Below are positions 51,201 through 64,000 of a stretch of DNA of 64,000 nt, in pieces. The position numbers and the translations under genes are program-made. Every line of letters begins with the position of its first letter. Position 1 is the stretch's first letter. The stretch comes from Sphaerodactylus townsendi (taxonomy: Eukaryota). The stretch spans positions 138,508,001 through 138,572,000 of the forward strand of contig NC_059429.1 in NCBI RefSeq assembly GCF_021028975.2. Reading direction: 5' to 3'. Below the pieces are notes generated by a model. The model was not told the DNA's origin and did no database searches. It worked only from the letters and a program-made list of their open reading frames with translations.

Positions 51201-54200
51201 CCCCAGAGGGAAGAACGAGCCCTGGGGAAAGGAGAACCGGGCTAGAGGCAACCAGCCACGCGTGGACCCTGCTGACGGGCTGCGTGAGGGGTGGGCGTTT
51301 GACCCCCCCCACACACACACACACCCCATTCAAACCACTGCACCCTGAAGATCCTCTTTGCCGCCCTTAGCACTCCCGGGGCCCAGTCCAGCTCTTTCCC
51401 TTCACGTCACCCAAGAAGGCAAGCCAGAACTCTGTTTGACGGGGCCATTTGACAGGCATTGAACGGCTTCCTTCCAGAGTGAAGTGAGCACCTGACCTGG
51501 GCCCCCACCCGAGCCCCATAGATCAAGACCGAGTTGTTATCCGGCACCAGAGCTGAGGACACAGGATCTGCCCTTCAGAGAGCAGCGATGGGAATCCATT
51601 GCCTGCATCTCCAACATTTGGTGGGGTGGAGGAGGAGGAGGAGTTTGGATTTATATCCCCCCCTTTCTCTCCTGCAGGAGACTCAAAGGGGCTGACAATC
51701 TCCTTGCCCTTCCCCCCTCACAACAAACACCCTGTGAGGTGGGTGGGGCTGAGCGAGCTCCGAGAAGCTGTGACTAGCCCAAGGTCACCCAGCTGGCGTG
51801 TGTGGGAGTGCCCAGGCTAATCTGAATTCCCCAGATAAGCCTCCACAGCTCAGGCGGCAGAGCTGGGAATCAAACCCGGTTCCTCCAGATTAGATACACG
51901 AGCTCTTAACCTCCTACGCCACTGCTGCTCCTATTGGGCAGGTAACCAAACCTCCCCACAATACTTGGCATCCCATGAGGCCCTTGCCCCTCCGGCCCCG
52001 CCCACCGGGGCTCTCCTAAAAGGGTGGTGGTTCTGCTTTTCTCCAGAATTCGCTGCCCCCCCCCCCCGTGGGCCCTGCACTGTGCCACAGCCCTGCAACT
52101 TCCCTGTCCACTTGGTACATTTTCACCCCACCCTTTCCCCAAATAACTCATTGTCATGCAAGTGACTCTCCCTTCTTCCTTTTCGCTTCACAACAACCCA
52201 GGCAGGCAGGCCGGGCTGAGGTGCAGTGGTGGGCCCAAAGTCACCCAGCCAGTTTTGGGGGGGGGGGGATTTCGGGCCTGGTTCTCCCAGAGCTGCTGCC
52301 CCACCCCGGCTCCCTCACCGGCACCCTGAGGGCAAATACCTTGAAATCCAGGTCCATCGTTTCAGGAGTGATGATGGGGTCGCTTAAGAGGGAGAAGTCT
52401 ATCCCGACGTAGTCGTCCACGGAGTTCCGCACTGCAGGGGGGGTGGGCAGAGGAGGGAGAGACTTCTCGCGGACACTGTGTCACCCTGACCAAACTTCTG
52501 CCCACAAAACAGCCAAACCCCTCCCCGCCCCATGTCATGCCTCTGCTCGTTTTGCCAAGAGATGACCAATCCTCACCCCCCTCCATTCCCAAGTGTCCAA
52601 CCTGCCACACACACATCCACACACCCCGCCCGCCCGCCCGCCCGCCCGCCCTGCCACACACACACTCACCAGGCACGGTGTCCAGGAGAGAGTTCAGGAG
52701 CACGAGCCCCGCGTGGTTCAGCACAGGGCAGATCTGGAAAGAAGAAGGGAGAGGGGTGGGGGAGCTCCACAGAACCCCCGGGGGTGGGCAGGGGGCTTCT
52801 GTCCCCAGCATTTTATGTTCCAAACGGGAGGTGTGCAGCGCAAGGAAGCATGTTTCTTGCTTGGCAGCCAGGCCTGTAAAGCCCTCCACCCAGTGGTGGG
52901 ATCCAAAAATTTTAGTAACAGGTTCCCACGGTGGTGGGATTCAAACAGTGGCGTAGTGCCAATGGGGCTGGGCGGGGCACGAAAGGGGCGTGGCCAGGCA
53001 TTCCGGGGGTGGGGCATTAATAATTTCTCTGTTACTGTAAAAAACTCTTACTGTAAAAAAAAAGTTCCTAATTTCCAGCTAGTATCTTTCTGTCCATCAT
53101 TTAAACTCATTGTAGCAAGTCCTATCGTCTTCTGCCAACAGAAACTACTACTTCTCCTCTAATTGACTGCCTGTCAAATACTTCATACTTTCAAATACTT
53201 AATTTTGTTTCAAGAAAGCAAAAGAAGGATACTTTCCTTAAACCAGGAACTTTACCATATTTCTAAAACATGTTTTTAAAACAGCCCAACAACAGGGAGA
53301 ATTATCCCGTTTTCTACCTTCGCTAACCAGCCACATAGGAAACAACAGGACTTGATGATTTTTGGACCTCATGGAATTTCTAACGGAAAAGCGGACCCAA
53401 TTAGTAACCCCCTCTGGGCACACACAAATAATTAGTAACCCACTCTCGAGAATTGGTGAGAACCTGCTGGATCCCACCTCTGCCTCCACCCATCTTTTCA
53501 GTGGATACAGGTGTGGGGTGGAGAAAGCACTCTGTCCATGCACAAAGGCTCGCAACAACAGTTCCCATGCCAAGAAGAGCAGCCCGGGGAAATAGTCTCT
53601 GCTGTGCTGCTGCTTCCCTGAGCACAGCGGGGAAGTTCGAAGGGGGCCGCCCCCCAGAGCAGGGGTTGCTCCTTTCCTCACCCTCCCTGGGAGTCTTCCC
53701 AAGGTGAGCTGTGTCTGTGTGGGAGGGGGGGAGGGGTCTTGGGTCTCGTTCAACTGCAGAGATGAGAAAGCACCTGAGAGGGGCGGGGCTTACTCTCCCC
53801 ACCCCTCCCTTCTCTTGTTTCTTACCTGCCGGTTGAGGAGGAGTCGCATGCCACTGGTGATGAAGGCGGCCAGGAATTCGTATACCTTTCTGGAGAGAGA
53901 GAGCACAGGAGCCGGCTTCTCAGGGCTGGCCACCCAGCCAACCCAACTCCACCCCACCCCCCCTCCAGCACAAGAGTCCCCCCTACAAACAGTCTGGCCT
54001 ACTTTCAAGGACCTTCTCCCCAACCCCCTGCCTTTCCCACGTGAATCGTCCAACTGTGTGTAGCTGGGGGTGTCTTAATGCGTGTGAAATAACCCCCCCC
54101 CCCATACACACACATAGGGATTTAATGTAAAATGCAAACACTTGGAGGCTATTTTCTTATCTGTACTCTGTGCATGTTCGCTCGGCTGGCTTAAGACTGA

Positions 54201-57200
54201 CTCAGACAGGCTGTGAAAACAGCTTCTTCAGATCTGAGCGAGATTTTGGCTGGGAGGGTCGGGGGGTGGGGAGGGAAGGGAGGGCAGGAACCCTGGATTT
54301 CCCAGGCCAGGCAGACAAAACACTTTCTAGGGCAGTGGTGGCAAACCTATGGCACGGGTGCCAGAGGTGGCACTCAGAGCCCTCTCTGTGGGCACGAGCA
54401 AACAGAGTCGCCCCCCGCACCCCACACATCTAGTGCCGCTGGGCTCGATTATTAGCATTAAACCTAAGACCTAGTTTTGGGGAAGCAGTGTAGGTAACCC
54501 TGTTAAACCCCACTGATTTTCATGCGAAGAACTAAAGCGCGATCCTTTACCTGGGAGTAAGCTCAGCTGCTGGCAATGGGGCTTGCTTCTGAGTAAACCC
54601 TCCTAGGGTCGTGATTCACCCGTTGGAAGAGATGCACGGTTGCTTCAAAGCAAAGCCACCGACTACCACCAAGCTTATTCCTGAGTAACGCACGCCTCGG
54701 AGCCAACCATTTTTTCTATACTAAAACCTCAGCATTCAGGTTAAATGGCCGTGTTGGCACTTTGCGATAAATAAGTGGGTTTTGGGTTGCAGTTTGGGCA
54801 CTCGGTCTCGAAAAGGTTCACCATCACTGTTCTAGGGGATTGTGGGTTTTCCGGGTTGTCTGGGGAAGACCTGAGCGTGAGACCCTGAAGAGTCGCTGCC
54901 AGTCAGAATGGAGAGACCTGGCAGCGCCTGACTCAGGAGGAGGAAGCTCCGTGTGGGGGGCAGGATGGAGGCAGGTGCCAAACTCTCCCCTCCTTCCTGA
55001 ACCGTGCCCACAAACATGGCCACGGTTCCCAGTCATGATCCCTAGTCATAGCCTCCAGTGCAAACACACACGCGCAGACCCTTGGCTAGAAACACGGGAG
55101 ACATAGTTCACCTCTTATGGAAAGAGGAAGGAGGAGAGGAAGTCACACGACCAACGTCCCAGTGGAGAGAGACCTGGGCTGGGGCAGGGGTCTACCCCAG
55201 CTGAGCCCTCCCCCAATCCCCTGCCTATTCTTGGTGCCTGCTAGTGTAACCCCCATGCTCAGAGTGGGTTGACCCAGAAAGGGGTGGAGACTCAAAGCAG
55301 CAGTGGTTAAGAAGGCCCTGCAAAGACTGTACTATCTGAGACTTTTAAGGAAACAACAACTGAATGGAAAACTCCTGGTGTCCTTTTACCACTGTGCTAT
55401 AGAGAGTGTCTTAACCGACTGCATCTGTGTATGGTTCTCCAGTTGCACCGTGGCAGATAGGAAGGCGCTCCAAAGTGTGATCACTACTGCACAGAGGATG
55501 ATCGGCTGCCCTCTCCCCTCCTTGGAAGAACTCTATAATTCCCAAAGCCTAAAGAAAGCCCAAAATATTCCGAGAGACCCGTCTCATCCGGCACACTCTC
55601 TTTTTGAACTGAGACCATCCGGCAGACGATGCAGGTCTATCAAAACTAGGACAAAGAGGCGTAGAGACAGCTTCTACTCTAGAGCTGTGGCTATGCTGAA
55701 CTCCGCGGCTTCGTGTTGGTGTGTTTGGGGCTGTGTAGGGATGGGTGGAGGAAGGGGAAAGTGAGGGTGGGGTATGAGTCTGAAATTGTGTGCATCGAGG
55801 AATGCTGCTGTAAATTTCATTGTGCGTGCACAATGACAACAAAAAATGCTTATGCTTATGGAAACCTTCATCATGTTGAATCCTGTTCATCAAGCCCTCG
55901 GAGTCTTCAGGAGCCAACCCTCTTGCAAAGAAGAATTGGACTTGGCAGTATCAGTAGACTGTAAATATAAGGACTTGAAAATGAAACCTGAACAGGACCT
56001 TGATGTTAAATATGGATGTTTGGGGTTATATGTTAAGAAAGTAAACCATTTTGTTTTTAAAATTTGTTGCTGCAAACTCATTCCAAGTTCTGCCCCACAG
56101 AACCCACAGATAGAGGTTACACTAGCAGTAGCAGTAGTAGTGGAAGAAGAGGAGGAGGAAGAGTTTGGATTTATATCCCCCCTTTCTCTCCTGTAAGGAG
56201 ACTCAAAGGGGCTTACAATCTCCTTTCCCTTCCCCCTTCACAACAAACACCCTGTGAGGTGGGTGGGACTGAGAGAGCTCCGAAGAACTGTGACTAGCCC
56301 AAGGTCACCCAACTGGCATGGGAAGGGAATAAGTCCCCTCTGGCCAAGTTGGTGACTCCCTTGACTTGCTGAGCACCTTTTGTGCCTGCCTATAAATGGA
56401 ACAGCCAACAACCCTCAGGTGGGGCCAGTAGACCTCTTGGTGCAACAGCTGCAGGAAATGGCTGCTTGGAGGGCGGGCTCTCTGGCATTGGGCCCCCCGA
56501 GACCCCTCCCCAAGCCCTGCCTTCCTCAAGGATCTCCGGAAGCTTCAGTCTGTGGGCTCTCCAGTTAAAGACGAGGCCCCAGGTGGTGTGGAAGCCCCCC
56601 TCCACCTGAGACTCTGGACAGCTGCTGCCAGTCAGAGCAGGAAATACTGGCTTGGATGGGCCCAGCGTCAGCATCAGCACGAGGCGACCGCTTCTTGTGT
56701 TCACATAATACCTTTTCCAAATGCCAAATGTGGGTGGGAAACCAAAAAACCTCAGGAATCCATCTTTCCTTGAAACCATGAATGTGGAAACCCCAATGGA
56801 GGAGGAGGAGGAGGAGAGGAGGAGGAGAAGAAGAAGAGGAGGAGGAGGAGTTTGGATTTATATCCCCCTTTCTCTCCTGCAGGAGACTCAAAGGGGCTGA
56901 CAATCTCCTTGCCCTTCCCCCCTAACAACAAACACCCTGTGAGGTAGGTGGCGCTGAGAGAGCTCTGAAGAACTGTGACTAGCCCAAGGTCACCCAGCTG
57001 GCATGTGTGCGAGTGCCCAGGCTAATCTGAATTCCCCAGAGAAGCCTCCACAGCTCAGGCGGCAGAGCGGGGAATCAAACCCGGTTCCTCCAGATTAGAT
57101 ACACGAGCTCTTAACCTCCTACGCCACTGCTCCAAGAACTTCTCCAAAAAAGTGTCCACAATCTGAACAAATGGGGAATCATCTCAGAGGCATCTTTGCA

Positions 57201-59038
57201 AGTGGGGCTGGGGAGGGAAAGCACTTGGACCCCTTGAGAAAAGAGACCACCAAACTGTGCCCAGCCAAAGGCCTGCCAGAGGGACAAGAAGGCCACGCGT
57301 CTGGGTGGGTGGGGGTGAGGGGTGGGGGTACCTGAGGGTGCCACTGAATCCTGCCTGCATGCGGGCGATGGAGGCGTTGCAGCTGATGTTAGAGATCTTC
57401 AGGCGCCCCACGTGGTCCTTCGAGAGCCCCAGCGCCGTGTGGATGTGCACGCCCTCCGCAGAAGTGTTTATGGAGCCAATGTCATAGCTGGGGAGCGAGG
57501 GGTTAAGGCCAGTCAGGCAGCAACACACACACACCTCTCTTCCCGGCCCCAGAGATTTCCTGCGCTTGGAGGACCATTGGGCCACCCTGCATCCAGGGGT
57601 CTGCAACCTGTGGCTCTCCAGATGTTAATGGACTACAAATCCAATCAGCCCCTGCCAGCATGGCCAATTGGGGCTGATGGGAATTGTAGTTCATGAACAT
57701 CTGGAGAGCCACAGGTTGCCGACCCCTAACCGACCCATGGGCACAAAACGGATCCCTTGCTGGAGAAGGAGTGTCTGTGGATCACAGCTGAGGCTGAAAG
57801 GGGGGGCAGGTCAGCTGAGGCAGGACAGTTTAGCCCCTCCCTCCTCCAAGGAGGGGGGCAGCCTGAGGTTGGCAGCCCCCCACCCACTGGCTCCCCCCTC
57901 CCCCGCTGGCTGGGGGCACCGAGGTCACTTACAAAAACCAGTACAGCAACTGGCGCCGGAAGCGCAGGCTGATGGAGGCGTTCATGATGTCGAAGGCCAG
58001 GTGCTGCTGGGGCTGGAAGCGCAGGTCCGAGTTGGCCATGTGCAGGTGCATCACCTGGACGCTGCCAGAGAGACACCAGAGAGAGTACACCCCCTGCACA
58101 GGTGGGGCCCACCCCATACTTTTGTTTTGTGCTGCTCTGGCAGGGGGTTCCTCCCTCCCCCATCTCGGACCCCTGGAACCGGGAAAAGCTTGCCCCGGCC
58201 CTCCCCCGCAAGGACTGCCCCCCTCCCGGAGAGAACCTTATGGGGCGAAGCAATGACCGACCCCCCATAGGGGGGGGTGCTGCTGAGAAGCAGGGCTCAG
58301 CTGGCAGCTGCTGGGCCTCTCTGGGAAGACGCATCGCTCTGCCTGACTCTGGGGGGGGGGGGGCACACTTCTACTAAGCAGGGAGACCCCGTTCAGGCTG
58401 TCCAAGAGTAGGGCGGCCACCTCATCCCAGCAGCAGCAGCGGCAGCCGCAGGGCCTGGCTTGCTGGGAAGAAGCTGACCCAGCTCCTGGAAGGCGGGGCT
58501 GTGCGCACCACCGGCGAGAGCAGCGGGGGGGGGGGCGGGGCGGCGGACTCACTTGCTGATGTTGTAGTGGAACTGGCCCTCCTTGCCGTGCAGCTGCCCC
58601 AGCGAGATGTTCTGCAGCTCCTGCTCCACGAAGCGCAGCCCTTCCTGCTTCACTGCAAAAGCCCCACAGCCGGGCCGTCAGCGCCCCCCCCCCTCAGTCC
58701 CCGGCCTTCCCGCACAGAGCGAAAGAAGCCGGCACTGCCCCCCCCCCCCGTGACCCACCGCCATTCCCGTGGACCAGAACTTGCCCCCGAGCTGGACACT
58801 CCAAGATATTCGCCACTGGAGGATGACACCGCCCCTCCCCCGTCCTCTTGTGCGTGGGGGAGGGCGCTGAGCAGGCTAGGCCGGCCCTGAAGGGGCAGAG
58901 CAGCCTGCCCCCCCCCCCCGCCCCCTGCTTACCCAGCTCCAAGCCTTTGGCGGTGACTCGGATCTTGCATCCCGGCGCTCCGAGGCCGGCGGCCGCGCTC
59001 AGCCAGAGCGGCAGGAGCAGAACGCTGCACAGCCCCAT
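48269..59038 (-). CDS. PLTP: Phospholipid transfer protein (15 coding exons, ~490 aa): 59038-58933, 58652-58553, 58061-57933, 57487-57332, 53889-53826, 52733-52670, 52431-52340, 51221-51045, 50954-50895, 50003-49839, 49200-49133, 49031-48989, 48782-48719, 48597-48521, 48376-48269
   Basis: Signal peptide then PGCKIRVTAKGLEL, ICPVLNHAGLVLLNSLLDTVP, ERMVY..SEHFFDSA and GADLHFSKGL (BPI/LBP family). All GT-AG, 1473 nt in frame. AATAAA (minus strand) at 48142-48147. Confidence 0.96.
52891..53482. mobile_element. Non-autonomous hAT-like element
   Basis: TIRs and perfect 8-bp TSD cctccacc. Confidence 0.85.
54333..54829. mobile_element. ~500-bp non-autonomous hAT element
   Basis: Perfect 8-bp TSD ttctaggg. 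Confidence 0.85.
55245..56121 (+). mobile_element. Solo LTR (TGTAAC...GTTACA, TSD ctag) disrupted by a LINE
   Basis: Same family as 60299-60826. Confidence 0.8.
55303..55860 (+). mobile_element. Rex1/Babar-like LINE 3' fragment
   Basis: VKKALQRLYYLR...FYHCAIESVLT...DPSHPAHSLFELRPSGRR...DSFY; short tandem (TATGCT) tail. Confidence 0.8.
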
Positions 59039-60298
59039 GCTGGATCGAGCCCCCCTGCAGCGGGGGGGGGGGAGGGAGGAGAGAGAAATCCCGGGGGGGG
59101 GAGTCTGAGGGGGGTTGGCACTCACGCACGCTCCCCTCAGGGCACGCAGGCCGCCTCTGCTCTGCCCCCCCCAACACACCCATTGCTGCTCATGGGGGGG
59201 GGGGCATGCTTCCAAGGAGGCGCGCTGCCACATCTGGCGCACCGAACTTGCCAGAGGCGCCGCTGCCAGAGACAGGACCGGCCGCTGGGTGAAGGAGCCC
59301 CGCGCTGGCCAAGGAGGTCACAACAGTCGCCAAGTCGGGCTCGGATAGTGTCAAATCTCGGGGGGGGGGATTGGGGGGGACTGATTAATGTCACTCCGGC
59401 CGCGCACCTGGCAGCCCGGCGAGGGGGCGCCCCCGCGAGGCCGTTCTCCCAACAGAAAGAGGTTCAAATGGACTTTCGCTTTCGAACATTTTGGATTTAG
59501 AAGAAGAGTTTGGGTTTATTTACCCCCCCCCCTTCTCTCCTGTAAGGAAACTCAAAGGGGCTGACAATCTCCTTTCCCTCCCCCACCCCCCCAACAACAA
59601 ATACCCTGTGAGGTGGCAGGTGAGGCTGAGAGAGATCCGGAGAACTGTGACTAGCCCAAGGTCACCCCGCTGGCGTGTGTTGGAGTGCACAAGCTAATCT
59701 GGTTCCCCAGACAAGCCTCCACAGCTCAAGTGGCAAAGCGGGGAATCAAACCCAGTTCCCCAGATTAGAGTGCTGAGCGCACCAGCTCTTAACCACTACG
59801 CCACGCCTATTATTTTGCTTTGGCTATCTCTCCCCCCGCCCCCCCCCCACCAAAAAAAAGATGCAGGAAAGAACTGTTCGCTTAACCACACTCACATTTG
59901 TGGAGCTGTTATTGAGCATGACAGTTTTGGGCAGCTCCTGTAGGGGCCAACCTGCACATGGGCAGAACTCCACCCCTGCGAGGTGTGCACAACACAACTA
60001 CGCCAAAGGACTTTTCTGCACAGGTAATCAGAATTGCAGGTACAAAATGGTTCACAGATTTACCTGAAGAAATAACCTGCGGTCTCTGCTGCTGCTGCTG
60101 ACTATAGTTTATTCTAAGCAGGGTTATATGGTGTGATTTCTGCAGTGCTTAATGTGTGGTATGAATACTAGTTGCTCTTAGAGTCCACCACTCCAAACCA
60201 CAATACCACGCTGGTTGCAGCGTTTATTGTAGAGCAGTGATGGCGGACCTATGGCACAGGTGCCAAAGGTGGCACTCGGAGCCCTCTCTGTGGGCACA

Positions 60299-60826
60299 TG
60301 TAACGCCCATGCTCAGAATGGGTTGACCCAGTAAGGGGTGGAGACTCAGAGCAGCATGAGGCTGCAGACCTCATGTAGTTGGAGGAGACAAGGCTACCAG
60401 ACTCAGACCTTGGTTGTATAAGCCCTTAACACCTTGTTAAGGTAACTGCAATATTGTTGGGAACTACTGGGAAGGTGGTAGTTTATTTTTGCTATGTTGT
60501 AAATGTTGGAGTTTATTGTTTCAGGGTTTCTTTTTGTGTTTGCAATGGGTGAGAGTTCTCCTGGAAACCTTCATCATGTTGCATCCTGTTCACCAAGCCC
60601 TTGGAGTCTTCAGGCGCCAACCCACTTGCAAAGAAGAAATTGGACTTGGCAGTATCAGTAGACTGTAACTAGAAGGACTTGAAAATGCAACCTGAACAGG
60701 ACCTTGAAGTGTGATGTTAAATGTTGATGTTTGATGTTAAGAAAGTAAACCATTTTGTTTTTAAAAATTTGTTGTTGCCAACTCATTCCAAGTTCTGCCC
60801 CACAGAACCCACAAGCTGAGGTTACA
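60299..60826 (+). mobile_element. Solo LTR (528 bp) inside a hAT element
   Basis: TGTAAC...GTTACA termini; 4-bp TSD caca. Confidence 0.8.
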
Positions 60827-62139
60827 CACACACATAGAGTTCGTCATGTGGGGGTGGAAGATCACCCCCCCCACACACACACACACACCCATCTAGGCTG
60901 CCTGGGCCACTGAGCATGACGTGTGCGCACCGCGGTGAGCAGGGAGGACTCGGCTGGCGGGCCTGGTGCCTGTGCTCCGGGTGGCTGCTGCCCGGGGGGG
61001 GGGGGCGCAGAGGGGGCAGAGATGCTAGAGCGGCACAGAGCGGTGCACGTGGGACTTGCTGGATCCTACAGCAGCTTGAGCGGGTGGGGTGGAGGAAGAG
61101 AGAGCCAACTGTTTTTTTTTTCTAAACTAAAACCTCAGCATTCAGGTTAAATTGCCGGGTTGGCACTTTGCGATAAATAAGTGGGGTTTGGGTTGCAATT
61201 TGGGCACTCGGTCTCGAAAAGGTTCGCCATCACTGTGATAGGGCCTCCTTTTCCAGAATCGTTTTCCATTTTGTAATCCATGGCCTGTGTTATTTAGTCT
61301 CACTGCCTTAGAGGGTTTGCTCCTCCTGTCATTCCTGAATTTGGTCATCCTAACCCCGTGGTGGCAAACCTTTGGCACTCCAGATGTTATGGACTACAAT
61401 TCCCATCAGCCCCTTCCAGCATGGCCAATTGGTGACACCCAATGCCTTTCTTGATTGGTGGTCTGATGGGTCTGATTTATATATCCTGTGACCCTTCTCA
61501 AATGGCCTGGGTGGGGCTGGCCCCCTCTCGCCAGAACGCCAAAGCTAAACTGGGTTAGAATCATAGAGAGGACAGAAGGGCCCTGGAAGATTGTTGGCAG
61601 TTCTGGGCACCGCCAATTCAAGAAGGATATTGACAAGCTGGAACCGTTTGCGGTCTACTGAGACGCCCAGATCCCTTTTGCATGGACTGTTGCCGAGCCA
61701 GGTCTCCCCTGTCCTAAATCGGAGCATTTTATTTGGTCTGTAGTATTTTACATATATCTCTGTTGAAATTCATCTTGCTAGTTGTGGTTAGTACTAGTAT
61801 GGGAGACTCGCCTGGGAGTCCGGGGCTGCTGCTACTCAGAGGCAATCAGCGGCGAACCACCTCTGGTCGGCTCCTGCCTTCAAAAACCCTGGGGGGAATG
61901 GGCACCAGTTCGCTGCCTGGGGGGACTGTTCCTGCGGCTGGGGGAGAAAGGTGGACCCTTTGAGGCTGCCGAGCCTTCTGCACCTTCCAGCCTCCCGCTC
62001 CCGCGCTGAGCGTCTCCTGCCTGCCCAACCCGCTTTGGGCTGCCACTGCGTAGTCCCCTGGCAGGCTGTGTGGAAGGACCCACTCTTCGAAGTGCCTCCC
62101 CCAAGCCACTCTTGGTCTCGACTGAGTCTCCTCCGGTGC

Positions 62140-62568
62140 NNNNNNNNNNNNNNNNNNNNNNNNNNNNNNNNNNNNNNNNNNNNNNNNNNNNNNNNNNNNN
62201 NNNNNNNNNNNNNNNNNNNNNNNNNNNNNNNNNNNNNNNNNNNNNNNNNNNNNNNNNNNNNNNNNNNNNNNNNNNNNNNCTGCCTTCCTTCCCTTCCTCT
62301 TCCTTCCTTCCTTCCTTCCCTTACTCCTTCCTTCCTTCCCTTGCGCCTTCCTTCCTTCCTTCCTTCCTTCCGCCCGGCCCGCCTGCCTGCCTGCNNNNNN
62401 NNNNNNNNNNNNNNNNNNNNNNNNNNNNNNNNNNNNNNNNNNNNNNNNNNNNNNNNNNNNNNNNNNNNNNNNNNNNNNNNNNNNNNNNNNNNNNNNNNNN
62501 NNNNNNNNNNNNNNNNNNNNNNNNNNNNNNNNNNNNNNNNNNNNNNNNNNNNNNNNNNNNNNNNNNNN
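62140..62568. other. Two assembly gaps (62140-62279, 62395-62568) around a (CCTT)n/(CCTG)n simple repeat
   Basis: N runs flanking a microsatellite. Confidence 0.95.
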
Positions 62569-63056
62569 GCTCCTCCAAGCCCTGTGCTGGCTTCCCTTCC
62601 CAGAGGAGAGCCTGGAGCGGTGCCAGCTCAGTCATGAGCGGGACCCCAGAGATCCCTCCCGGGTCGGGATCCACAGGTGCTTCTGGCCTACCTAAGAAGA
62701 GACATTGAAGGGCTTTGCGCAGGGATGTAGGTATAGATTTTTATGGGGTGGGTTCAGGGGGCAAGGCCACTCCCCCACCCGCCCCTGGGGGTGTGGCCAC
62801 ACCTCCCCAAATCCCGCCCCTGGCCTCAGTACTTATAAAAGCAGCTCTCCAAGGCCAGGGATGGCAGACTCCCCTGCCCCTCCCCACCACCGGCTGGGCT
62901 CCCAGCCAGCAGCTGGCAGCCCCTTCTGCCCTCCCCTCCGGGCAGAGCTGTAGCTAGGGAAAATGGAGCCTGGTGCAAAATCTGAGTTTTGCAGGGGGGC
63001 TCCCCAATGGGCGGCCCCTGTGATGCTGGAATCCACCCCCAAACAGCATCATTTTC

Positions 63057-63263
63057 GAAGGCTTTCATGGCCGGATTCAACTGGTTCTGGTGGATTTTTC
63101 GGGCTGTGTGGATGTGGTCTGGTGGATCTTGTTCCTAACAGTGTGACACAGACTTTTCTCTGTGATACACCTCTGAAGATGCCAGCCACAGATGCAGGCG
63201 AAACGTTAGGAACAAGATCCACCAGACCACGGCCACACAGCCCCCCGGAAAACTCATCAGAAC
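63057..63263. mobile_element. PLE fold-back insertion with a hammerhead motif at 63170-63210
   Basis: 13-bp TSD cagcatcattttc; CCT-CTGAAGA...GAAACGTT-AGG. Confidence 0.8.
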
Positions 63264-64000
63264 CAGCATCATTTTCAATGGTGTTTAAACTACAGAGCCC
63301 AGATTCTCCTTGAAAATCCACCTTAAAGGGAGAACCTGGGGTCCCCAGTTAAAACAACATTGAAAGTGGTGCTTTTGGGGGGTGGATTATCCCCCAACCT
63401 GAAACAGCATCACTTTCAATGTTTAAACTGGGACCACAGATTCTCCCTTTAAATCCATGCCGATGGGGGTGGATTTAAAAGGAGAATCTGGGGAAATTTT
63501 GGGGGTGCCTGCTGTCAGGGGTGCAAGCACCAAACTTTCAGGGTATCTTTAGGAAACTATCCTGATGATACCTCCCAGGTTTGGTGAAGTTTGGTTCAGG
63601 GGGTCCAAAGTTATGGACCCTCAAAGGTCTAGCCCCCATCTCCTATTAGCTTCCATTGGAAACAATGGGGAATGGGGCACCCCCTTTGGGAGTCCATAAC
63701 TTTGGATCCCCTAAACCAAACCTCACCAAACCTGGGTGGTATCATCAGAAGAGTCCCTCAAAAGATCCCTGAAATTTTGGTGCTGCTAGCCTAAAAACTG
63801 CGCCCCCTGCAGGCCGAAAACTGAAAAAACACTTTAAAATACAAAAAAACACAAACGGGGGGGGGGGACCTTCGAACATGCAATAGGGGGGTTTAAACCC
63901 GGGGGAAAAACCCTTACCTACGTCCTTGGCTTTGCACTTTTGATGTGCAGGCGCTGCCCCGTCCCGCCCGCCCTGTGCCAACACTGCAGGAGCAGCCAAC

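Overview
GC-rich vertebrate genomic DNA, most likely from a squamate reptile (gecko-like, inferred from its Squam3-type SINEs and its CR1, RTE, Penelope and hAT repeats). The window holds the conserved amniote gene block ACOT8(-, first two coding exons) <> ZSWIM3(+) - ZSWIM1(+) - SPATA25(-) - NEURL2(-) <> CTSA(+) - PLTP(-). I reconstructed every coding exon in the window with GT-AG boundaries and consistent phase. Introns and intergenic DNA are full of nested transposons. The most unusual signal is a family of about 8 short fold-back Penelope-like (PLE) insertions with 11-16 bp target-site duplications (some degenerate) that carry minimal hammerhead-ribozyme motifs. One of them (13229-13873) encloses a ~500-nt intronless fragment of IRF6 mRNA in the same sense as the PLE RNA, which suggests host-mRNA capture by PLE reverse-transcriptase template switching. 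Other leads: a spliced upstream ORF in frame with ZSWIM1 and separated from it by one UGA; palindromic hAT MITEs carrying paired ACTACAATTCCCA (ZNF143/THAP11-type) motifs; and a SINE tail that forms the polypyrimidine tract of a CTSA exon. Three assembly gaps are present. Gene and repeat identities come from my recall of homologous sequences, not from database searches.
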